This document shows positions 24,339 through 32,000 of a stretch of DNA of 32,000 nt, piece by piece. Where the stretch lies: assembly GCA_015232315.1 (NCBI GenBank), contig JADFZZ010000004.1, forward strand, positions 83,414 to 115,413, written 5' to 3'. The stretch is from SAR324 cluster bacterium. Lineage in GTDB: Bacteria > SAR324 > NAC60-12. Each line of letters starts with the position of its first letter. The first letter of the stretch is position 1. The notes beneath the pieces are model-generated. The model did not search any database and was not told the origin of the DNA. It was given only the letters and a program-made list of their open reading frames with translations. Position numbers and translations under genes: made by a program.

Positions 24339-26843
24339 ATGTCAGCACAAGAAACTAACAAATTATGGCAACACATTGCGGGTTACCGCAAGATGGACAA
24401 AGACTCTTTCATTGAGTCAATCGCGAATCACCTGGAATTTTCCCTGTGTAAAAACCGTTACACTGTAGATAACTTTGATATTTACTACAGCTTGGCTCTT
24501 TCAGTGAGAGACCGGATGGTGGAACTCTGGAATGATACGCAGCAGACCTACCACAATGAAAATGCCAAACGAGTTTATTATTTATCCCTGGAATATCTGA
24601 TGGGACGCAGTTTGTCCAACAGTCTGATCAATCTGGGGATCTATGATACTTGCAAACAGGCTCTTGCGGAAATTGGCTATGACATCAACGATATTGAAGA
24701 ACTGGAGCATGATGCCGGACTTGGCAACGGTGGATTAGGCCGCTTGGCCGCCTGTTTCCTGGATTCGATGGCAACCTTGCAGTTGCCGGCCTATGGTTAC
24801 GGAATTCGCTATGAATACGGAATTTTCAATCAGAAAATCGAAAATTGTGAGCAGGTCGAGCATCCGGACAACTGGTTGAGGGATGGTTACCCGTGGGAAA
24901 TTCCACGCTGGGACATGGTTTTTCCTGTTCAGTTCTTCGGGCGGGTGCATGAATATGTGGATTCCAACGGAAAAAAACGCTATGAACTGAGGGACACCCA
25001 GGACGTTATGGCAATGGCGTATGATGTGCCGATTCCCGGCTTCAAAAACCATACAGTCAATAATTTACGCCTCTGGTCAGCTCGCCCCACCAAGGAATTT
25101 GATTTCCACATGTTCAATAAAGGCGATTATTTCAAAGCCGTTGAAGAAGAACAGAAAAGTGAGACTCTTTCTAAAGTACTGTATCCCAACGACAAGGGCT
25201 TTGCAGGCAAAGAACTGCGTTTGAAGCAGCAGTTTTTCTTTGTTTCAGCCTCACTTCAGGATCTCATCCGCCGTTATAAAACAGACAATCAGTCTTTTGA
25301 CAAATTCCCGGATCAGGTGGCCATTCAATTGAATGACACCCATCCATCGATTGCTGTTCCGGAATTGATGCGATTGCTGATTGATATTGAAGGACTGGAA
25401 TGGGATACCGCATGGGACATCACCAAAAAAGTCTTTGCCTATACCAACCATACTGTTTTACCTGAAGCTCTTGAAAGATGGCCTCTCGACATGCTTGGCA
25501 ACCTTCTGCCACGACAATTGCAGATCATTTATCTGATCAACCATAATTTCCTTCAGGAAGTTCGGAAGCAGTTTCCAGGCGATGAGTCATTGATTGGCCG
25601 GGTTTCTCTGGTGAGTGAGAGTGGTGGTCGTCAAATCATCATGCCTCATCTGGCAATTGTTGGCAGTCACGCTGTAAACGGGGTTTCCGCATTGCACACT
25701 GAACTGTTGAAAACCACGGTCCTCAAAGATTTTTACGCCATTTATCCTGAAAAATTTCAGAATAAAACCAATGGCATCACTCCTCGACGCTGGTTGCGTG
25801 AATGCAATCAGGAGTTGTCAGCGCTGATCACCAGTAAAATTGGTGAAGGCTGGGTGACCAATCTGGACGAACTGAAAAAATTGATTCCGTTGGCGGATGA
25901 CAAAAATTTTCAGAAAGCCTGGCAGAATGTCAAACTGACCAAAAAGAAACAGTTTGCCCAATGGCTCAAGGATAATAAAAATATTGAGATCAATCCTAAT
26001 TCAATGTTTGATGTTCAAATCAAACGGATTCATGAATATAAACGGCAATTGCTCAATATTCTGCACGTTATCACCATGTATTCCCGAATCATCAGTAATC
26101 CGAATGGCAAGCATGTCCCTCGGACGGTGATTTTAGGCGGAAAAGCGGCTCCGGGCTATTACATGGCCAAGTTGATGATTCAACTGGCGAATGATGTGGC
26201 ACGTACCATCAATAACAATCCTGCGGTTGGTGATAAACTGCGAGTCGTCTTTGTGGAAAACTATGGCGTGTCTCTTGCCGAAAAAATCATGCCGGCTACC
26301 GAACTCTCCCAGCATATTTCCACGGCGGGAACAGAAGCGTCCGGAACAGGAAACATGAAGTTCTGCCTCAATGGAGCGATCATCATTGGTACTCTGGACG
26401 GGGCGAATATTGAAATCATGGAGGAAGTGGGTGAGGAGAATACATTCATCTTTGGATTAAAAACTCCGGAAGTGATGGCACTTCAGGCTCAGGGCTATAA
26501 TCCAAGAGTGTATTACCAGGCTCATGAAGAACTTCAAAAAGCCCTGGAAATGATCAACACCGGTTATTTCAACCGGAATGATCCTCATTTATACAATGAC
26601 ATCTACAACTCGCTGGTATTTGATGATCAGTATCTGCTGTTGGCGGATTACGCGAGCTATATCGCCTGTCAGGAAAAAGTCTCTGAGACTTACAGTGATC
26701 AGGCAAAGTGGACGCGGATGTCGATTCTGAATACAGCCAATATGGGTAAATTTTCCAGTGATCGGACCATTGATGAATATGCAAAGGACATCTGGGATGT
26801 GAAACCTGTCAAAATTCGACCTGTTGGTCAGAAAATTCGTTAA
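24339..26843 (+). CDS. glgP: Glycogen/alpha-glucan phosphorylase
   Basis: YYLSLEYLMGRSLSNSLINLG, ELEHDAGLGNGGLGRLAACFLDSMATL, VQIKRIHEYKRQLLN, PATELSQHISTAGTEASGTGNMKFCLNGAIIIGTLDGANIEI. Start MSAQETN at 24339 behind GAGGAGG. Confidence 0.97.
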   Translation: MSAQETNKLWQHIAGYRKMDKDSFIESIANHLEFSLCKNRYTVDNFDIYYSLALSVRDRMVELWNDTQQTYHNENAKRVYYLSLEYLMGRSLSNSLINLGIYDTCKQALAEIGYDINDIEELEHDAGLGNGGLGRLAACFLDSMATLQLPAYGYGIRYEYGIFNQKIENCEQVEHPDNWLRDGYPWEIPRWDMVFPVQFFGRVHEYVDSNGKKRYELRDTQDVMAMAYDVPIPGFKNHTVNNLRLWSARPTKEFDFHMFNKGDYFKAVEEEQKSETLSKVLYPNDKGFAGKELRLKQQFFFVSASLQDLIRRYKTDNQSFDKFPDQVAIQLNDTHPSIAVPELMRLLIDIEGLEWDTAWDITKKVFAYTNHTVLPEALERWPLDMLGNLLPRQLQIIYLINHNFLQEVRKQFPGDESLIGRVSLVSESGGRQIIMPHLAIVGSHAVNGVSALHTELLKTTVLKDFYAIYPEKFQNKTNGITPRRWLRECNQELSALITSKIGEGWVTNLDELKKLIPLADDKNFQKAWQNVKLTKKKQFAQWLKDNKNIEINPNSMFDVQIKRIHEYKRQLLNILHVITMYSRIISNPNGKHVPRTVILGGKAAPGYYMAKLMIQLANDVARTINNNPAVGDKLRVVFVENYGVSLAEKIMPATELSQHISTAGTEASGTGNMKFCLNGAIIIGTLDGANIEIMEEVGEENTFIFGLKTPEVMALQAQGYNPRVYYQAHEELQKALEMINTGYFNRNDPHLYNDIYNSLVFDDQYLLLADYASYIACQEKVSETYSDQAKWTRMSILNTANMGKFSSDRTIDEYAKDIWDVKPVKIRPVGQKIR

Positions 26844-26850
26844 TCTCTCC

Positions 26851-26880
26851 TGAGCCATGAAAATTATGTTTCATGGCTCA
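26851..26880 (+). terminator. Terminator-like hairpin at the end of the glycogen operon, between convergent genes
   Basis: TGAGCCATGAAA-ATTATG-TTTCATGGCTCA: perfect 12-bp stem, 6-nt loop, 8 nt after the glgP stop. The U-tract is weak. Confidence 0.65.
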
Positions 26881-26961
26881 TCTCACCCCCCGATTCCCGT
26901 CACCACGCTTTAAGATCCCTCATGGATGAAAATGTGACAACCTTCAAAAGGTTGATACAGC

Positions 26962-27828
26962 TCAGGAAATGAATTTCAAAAATGGCAGTTCCGGAGTGCT
27001 TGTAGAAAATCCTGCCGCGTGTTTGTGACCGCCACCACCAAAAGAAGCCGCGATCAGTGATACATCAGCGCCATCCTTGCTGGAGCGCATCGACCATTCC
27101 CGCATGTTTCCCCTATCCTGAAATCCCAAGGCGAAGGGATAACCTTTTCCCAGTTCATGCAACACTTCGCTATTGATGTTTCCGGGACTGTTGACCATGG
27201 GCACCTGATAACCCGCAAATTCCACCATCACCGACCGACGACAGAAGCTTTCAATCATCTGGTCAATGTAACGGCAGAGAACAGTTCCTTCCTGAATCAG
27301 TTGCGGAATTCCCTGTGGAGAAAAAAACGGAGTCCATGCGTCGAAAGTCATGGGATAACTGCGCAGTGCCGTATTGATTTCACGGGATTTTGGCAGTTCC
27401 CAAAGCCATAAATCCTTGTCCTGAATATAGCGCAACAATTCAGGTGGTGAGGATTTCTGGAAAAAATTCCAGGAAAGGACCGCTCCTGATCGATTCATAT
27501 CGAAGGTGGTACTCAGATTGGCATGTTCCTGTTCAAGGCCTTCCAGATCTTTGAGCGCACTCACATGGTGATCAACCAGAATCACTTGGCTGGATTGCTC
27601 ACAAAGTTTTTTCAGGATGGGACGTTTGAACGAAAAATCTACAATAATGACAATTGTGTTCCGGTCAACATCTGGAGGCGGGTTTCCATGAAACGCGGGA
27701 TGAAAGGAGATACGTGGGTGGTCCTGAAAACACTGACGGACAGACCATGCGGCCCCGAAGCCATCAAGGCAATCCCCATGATAAATAACAACAATGGGGT
27801 GATCTTTCAAATTTTTCAGGTTCAACAT
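26962..27828 (-). CDS. DHH/DHHA1 family phosphoesterase (NrnB-like)
   Basis: IYHGDCLDGFGAAW, VIIVDFSF, VILVDHHVSALKDL, and C-terminal FGGGGHKHAAGF (DHHA1). Confidence 0.8.
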   Translation of the reverse strand: MLNLKNLKDHPIVVIYHGDCLDGFGAAWSVRQCFQDHPRISFHPAFHGNPPPDVDRNTIVIIVDFSFKRPILKKLCEQSSQVILVDHHVSALKDLEGLEQEHANLSTTFDMNRSGAVLSWNFFQKSSPPELLRYIQDKDLWLWELPKSREINTALRSYPMTFDAWTPFFSPQGIPQLIQEGTVLCRYIDQMIESFCRRSVMVEFAGYQVPMVNSPGNINSEVLHELGKGYPFALGFQDRGNMREWSMRSSKDGADVSLIAASFGGGGHKHAAGFSTSTPELPFLKFIS

Positions 27829-27848
27829 GAATCTCCTTGCGACATGAA

Positions 27849-30443
27849 TCAAAAATCAAAATTGAGAATTTCCTTATAAATTATTTTCCCTTCATGAATC
27901 ATTGGATTTGAAGGAGAAAATTGAGATGAGACAATTTCTACCAGCATTTCAAGACGTTCTTCATAAAAATCCATTTCCAGAATCTGCTCCAGACTTTCCA
28001 TCAACTCTGAAGGTGGTTCAATGCCAGATGAGGGAAACCCCTCTCCCTGCCAGGACTGAATATCATTGAACGTTTTGTAAATGGTATGGATTCCCTGAAA
28101 ATAAAGGGCCGTCAACAACGAGGACGCAAACGCTGTTGTTTCAGCAGGTTTCGTTTCAGGTGTCCCACGATTGAAGCCTTCTTCAATCCTGGCCTTATAC
28201 TTCTGGCCGATCGCATCCATATGCTTGTTCACTACGGTGGTACAACTGGTGAGTAACTGCCGGATTGAATCTTTGCCAACCGGGTTGCTTTTGAACATCT
28301 CCCAGAGTTTTATCAGTGATTTGATTTGCTTGATTCCCTGCTTGATCGCTTCCAGCACCTGCTGTTGACGATCTTCTGCCAGGAGGAAAAGTCCCCATTG
28401 AAACAACTGGAGGATGAGTTTACTGTCTCCTGTGAGATCATACACGACTTTGGCAATGGCTCTTGCAATGTTAACCTGTGCTGAAACTGAACTCATAAGA
28501 GCTTGTGAATTTGTCCATTTAAATTTTTCAAAGAACCAGGGATTGCTTCGTAAAATATCCTGAAACACAAAAATGGCCAATGCGGAGGCCTGTCCCAGTT
28601 TCATTTCATCGAATCGCCGTTTGTTGCTTTCCATCTGTCGAAGTGTGTGGATCAACGAATATTTCTGATCACATTTTTCAATATAAAACAACCGTTCCTG
28701 AGGGTTGGCATCGCTGTTCTCAATTTCAGTAATTTCTTCAGGTGTCAGAACAAATGTCTCTCCATAGGTTTTGAGCTTTTCCATGAGCAGGAATGCCTGC
28801 GTGTCAGCCTGTGAATAAAATTGAATTTCACGCTCATATTTCTGCAAAAATTTTTCAGCCATCCCTTCCGGCATATTGGCCTTTATCTTCTGTTCCAGAA
28901 TCTTCAGCTTTTCCAACAGGTTGTTGCCGGTGGACTCGAATACAATTTTGTCCGTTCCCAACTGATCTATCGCGGTCTGCCCTGAAGCACTGCCTGACAG
29001 TTCCTGAAACTGAATTTTCATCTGAGCCAATTCCTGCGTCAACTCTCTGATGCGTAAAAGCACGCCGGATTCTGCAACCTTGGGTTCAGTTGGTTTTTGT
29101 GGAATGGAAGTTTCCGGTTTGGCTGGTCCTACTGGTGTGGGCGTCACATCAGTTTTTTGCGGTGCCTGGGGTTCATGTGCCTCATGTTTCATGGCAACAA
29201 TTTTTTCAAACGCCTTTTTTGCGGAATGCTCATCCGCTTCCGGAGATGGTTGAGGTTGAGCCTGTGCTGTGCGTTTGACGTGACGGACCAGTATGTTTAA
29301 GAATTGTTCAATTTTAAGTTTTTCAAGCACTTCTTCAATCGAGGTTCCGTTTTTCAGCAGGTCTGTTTCCAAAGCAAATACATCCGGAACATTTTTCAGC
29401 AGTGTCACAACTTTATTCATGAGTTCGGTTTCATCGGCCCTGCCCTTGATTTTTTTACGGGTGAATACCTGAATCTCTTTTTTGATTTTATGGATTTTAA
29501 GAGTGTTCAACAATCCTTCACACGGCTGATTGATACTATTGAGAATGAATACCTCCACCTGCTTGGCATCAATCCATTTATTCGTATAAAATTCATCCAT
29601 CAACTGAAACAATTGCTTTCGTTTTTCAAGTTCAGGAATAATGGCTGCGACACCCTGTTTTCTGAGCGAAATATACAATTCTGTTTTGAGCATTCCATAG
29701 TCATGCATCAAATCCAGTTGGCTCGTTTTGATGCCATTTCGCAAGGCATGGTCAAAGTCATTTCCCCTCTTCTGAATGATATCCAGATAACACAGATAGC
29801 TGAAATACCCCTGAAGCGTCAAATGTATCAGTTCAATTCCGACTTCTCCGCGGCGGGTCATGATATAGATTGTTGGCAGGATACTTTCACGACGGGAAGG
29901 CAACCCCCCCTGCTGGTCTGTTTTTTTAATTTCCTCCTGAATCTGTTTGAAATATTCCAGGAATTTGTTCAAGGCGTCATGATAGATTTCATCAAACCGG
30001 AGGGCCTGTTCTTCAATCTGTTTTTTAAGGGAGAGACACTCCTCCAGATTAAAATTTTCTACCAGCGCGATCATGTTCGTTTTGCTGGGGTCTTCCTGAT
30101 AAGCTTTGATGGCATCGTTCTGACTGATGGAATATAATTGGTGGTCTGATTTGAGATTATCCACCAGATCGTCGCCCAGGCCGAATTCCTGATTGCAAAG
30201 CGTCTGAAGGCTCGCGTCTTCGATTTTGGGCAATTTTTTCAGAATCCGCTGGACATCAATTCCGATAGGAGTGATTTCAACAGGATGCAGTCTCAGTTCT
30301 TTAAGATAAAAGGCCCGGGTAAGATCATGTGTTGCGGTTTCCGCAAACGCTTGTATGGCCTGTTCCATTTCATGATCATTTGCCGGAACCAGACCGCTGT
30401 TATGACAAAATCTTTCAAACATTCGCTGCAATGGTTCGTACAT
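27849..30443 (-). CDS. Large (864 aa) protein of unknown function, mostly helical/coiled-coil with a Pro/Thr-rich linker
   Basis: Long continuous ORF with heptad-like segments and a central low-complexity linker (HEAPQKTDVTPTPVGPAKPETSIPQKPTEPK). Its ATG overlaps the upstream TPR gene's TGA by 1 nt (TGATG). Confidence 0.8.
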   Translation of the reverse strand: MYEPLQRMFERFCHNSGLVPANDHEMEQAIQAFAETATHDLTRAFYLKELRLHPVEITPIGIDVQRILKKLPKIEDASLQTLCNQEFGLGDDLVDNLKSDHQLYSISQNDAIKAYQEDPSKTNMIALVENFNLEECLSLKKQIEEQALRFDEIYHDALNKFLEYFKQIQEEIKKTDQQGGLPSRRESILPTIYIMTRRGEVGIELIHLTLQGYFSYLCYLDIIQKRGNDFDHALRNGIKTSQLDLMHDYGMLKTELYISLRKQGVAAIIPELEKRKQLFQLMDEFYTNKWIDAKQVEVFILNSINQPCEGLLNTLKIHKIKKEIQVFTRKKIKGRADETELMNKVVTLLKNVPDVFALETDLLKNGTSIEEVLEKLKIEQFLNILVRHVKRTAQAQPQPSPEADEHSAKKAFEKIVAMKHEAHEPQAPQKTDVTPTPVGPAKPETSIPQKPTEPKVAESGVLLRIRELTQELAQMKIQFQELSGSASGQTAIDQLGTDKIVFESTGNNLLEKLKILEQKIKANMPEGMAEKFLQKYEREIQFYSQADTQAFLLMEKLKTYGETFVLTPEEITEIENSDANPQERLFYIEKCDQKYSLIHTLRQMESNKRRFDEMKLGQASALAIFVFQDILRSNPWFFEKFKWTNSQALMSSVSAQVNIARAIAKVVYDLTGDSKLILQLFQWGLFLLAEDRQQQVLEAIKQGIKQIKSLIKLWEMFKSNPVGKDSIRQLLTSCTTVVNKHMDAIGQKYKARIEEGFNRGTPETKPAETTAFASSLLTALYFQGIHTIYKTFNDIQSWQGEGFPSSGIEPPSELMESLEQILEMDFYEERLEMLVEIVSSQFSPSNPMIHEGKIIYKEILNFDF

Positions 30444-32000
30444 CAGTTCCCCCCTTTTAGCTTTTCATCCTCAGTTTCATTGCGTTCCCGTCGTTCCGCA
30501 TCCAGTTTGTATTGTTCCATCCGTTGTCTATGTTCAACCAGACGGTTGTAACGCTGAGTCACATCCTCAATCATTCCCATTTGTTTGGTGCGTTTGTAAA
30601 GCGTGACCAGTTTCATCAGCAGTTCCTTGTCCGGATTCAACCGCAAGGCCTCTTCATAGGAATTGATCGCTTTGTAGGGGAGATGATGCGCTTCGAAATT
30701 ATGGCCTTCCTTGATTTTCTGATAGTGGCTCTGCAATAATTCTTTTTCCCGTTCCACTTCTTCCAGTTTCTGGAGTTTCCTGCGTAATTCCCGCAGTTTT
30801 TCATCATTCTTCAACAACTCATAGGCATGAATACATTCTTCAAGAATGGGAATGGTTGGCATCATTTCAAAGCTTTTTTCATAAACATCCGCTGCCTTGG
30901 CATACCGGTTGTTGCTCATGTGGTCAGCGGCTTTTTCGTTCATGAACTCCACCAGTTTCTGCGTCAGTTTTTCCAGATCCTCCGGTTTGGCATTCATGCT
31001 TTTGGCCTTGCCGTAAGTTTCCAATGCACCATCAATATCCGACAACGTCAGTTTCATACTGATAATTTTATTCAGCAGGCTGAAGCTTTCCTCTTCGGAG
31101 AGAATCACCTCATACATTTCGAGAGCTTTTTTGGTGCTACCTTCCTCATAATATTGATCTGCCTGTTTTCTGAACTGTGTCATGTCATAATAGCCTTTGG
31201 ATTTTTCCAGCAGGGTTTTGGCATGCAGATAATATTTTCTGGCTAACAGCATGGATCCCTGCAAGGCATATAACCGGCCAAGATTGACAGTGGCGTAGCG
31301 ATTGTAGGGATTTTTTCCGAGCAGGACCACCAGTTTGTCGATGGCGGTTTCGGTGTGTCCACGCAACCCGGTGGCCAGGGCCAGAAAACATTTGAAATTT
31401 TCGTTTTTGGGATTGGTGAAACTCAACCGTGTATAAATTTTCCAGGCGGCATTGTATAAATTATTGTGGAGCGCAAACAGACCGAGGTACCTCAGAATTT
31501 CCAGGCCCTCCTCGGTTTTAATGCCGATAGTGTCCCGAACATGTTGCAGAATCTCTTTGGGATCGAGTTTGGTTTCTTTTTCTTTCTTTGAGTTTTTATC
31601 TTTTTTCCCACTTGTTGCGGTAGGTTCTTCGGGGTCTTCCTCCGGGACACCTTTGGCGTCATTAATTTCTTTCTGAATCTGGGTCAATATGTTTTTTCCC
31701 TCGGTAAAATCAGGAAGTTTGAAAAATTTCATGGATTCAAATTCTGAAATCGCTGAAATGGCGGATTGATCCACATAATCCGCTCGCGACATGGTAGCGG
31801 CCAGATTGTATTGGGCATAAGTGAATTTCGGATCAATCTTGATACAGCGTTCATACAATTTTTCTGCCTGATTGTAATTGCCGATCTTGCGATAGGCGTT
31901 GCCCAGCAAATTAGCGAGTTCCACATCGTTCGGCGCTTTCATCATCAGATTGGATCCAATCGCGATCACCCCGTCATAATTGCCCGATGATTTGTATTGA
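30443..32000 (-). CDS. TPR-repeat protein, 5' end truncated by the window edge
   Basis: TPR units ANLLGNAYRKIGNYNQAEKLYERCIKIDPKF, AATVNLGRLYALQGSMLLARKYYLHA-type, and PYKAINSYEEALRLNPDKELLMKLVTLYKRTKQ. The frame stays open from 31969 to the window end (…YKSSGNYDGVIAIGSN), so the true start lies outside the window. Confidence 0.85.
   Translation of the reverse strand, partial: QYKSSGNYDGVIAIGSNLMMKAPNDVELANLLGNAYRKIGNYNQAEKLYERCIKIDPKFTYAQYNLAATMSRADYVDQSAISAISEFESMKFFKLPDFTEGKNILTQIQKEINDAKGVPEEDPEEPTATSGKKDKNSKKEKETKLDPKEILQHVRDTIGIKTEEGLEILRYLGLFALHNNLYNAAWKIYTRLSFTNPKNENFKCFLALATGLRGHTETAIDKLVVLLGKNPYNRYATVNLGRLYALQGSMLLARKYYLHAKTLLEKSKGYYDMTQFRKQADQYYEEGSTKKALEMYEVILSEEESFSLLNKIISMKLTLSDIDGALETYGKAKSMNAKPEDLEKLTQKLVEFMNEKAADHMSNNRYAKAADVYEKSFEMMPTIPILEECIHAYELLKNDEKLRELRRKLQKLEEVEREKELLQSHYQKIKEGHNFEAHHLPYKAINSYEEALRLNPDKELLMKLVTLYKRTKQMGMIEDVTQRYNRLVEHRQRMEQYKLDAERRERNETEDEKLKGGN

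Noticed and set aside
29304-30137. 277-aa plus-strand ORF inside the 864-aa gene
   Set aside because: It is long but fully antisense to the longer ORF, which is coupled to its upstream neighbour. The sequence is Phe/Ile-rich, as expected from the complement of Lys/Glu-rich coding sequence.
1-32000. CRISPR array, transposase/integrase, phage genes, tRNA or rRNA
   Set aside because: No regularly spaced direct repeats, no mobile-element protein motifs, and no recognisable tRNA or rRNA sequence were seen on either strand.

Overview
The window reads as a Gram-negative bacterial chromosome: lipoproteins, Kdo biosynthesis and a porin are all present. I see no mobile element, CRISPR array, rRNA or tRNA that the sequence supports. 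Recognisable genes are yajQ; a REC-adenylate cyclase-PilZ regulator; an orphan ABC ATPase; a DUF1499-like lipoprotein; a large repeat-rich lipoprotein; trpD; kdsB; a porin-like barrel; metY and metA; a tandem universal stress protein; a glycogen operon (glgX-glgC-glgA-glgB-glgP); a DHH/DHHA1 phosphoesterase; a large protein of unknown function; and a TPR protein cut by the right edge. The best candidate for an undescribed system is the minus-strand redox cluster at about 8.1-10.4 kb. It encodes a four-histidine, b-type cytochrome-like membrane protein fused to a PilZ domain with both c-di-GMP motifs intact, a predicted pentahaem c-type cytochrome lipoprotein, and a small membrane protein. Other points worth a second look are the REC/cyclase/PilZ fusion (cAMP plus c-di-GMP), the translationally coupled TPR/864-aa/DHH gene set at the right edge, the 793-aa lipoprotein with about 14 degenerate repeats, and a strong hairpin upstream of the stress-protein/glycogen block. 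All assignments come from reading motifs by eye; no database search was run.
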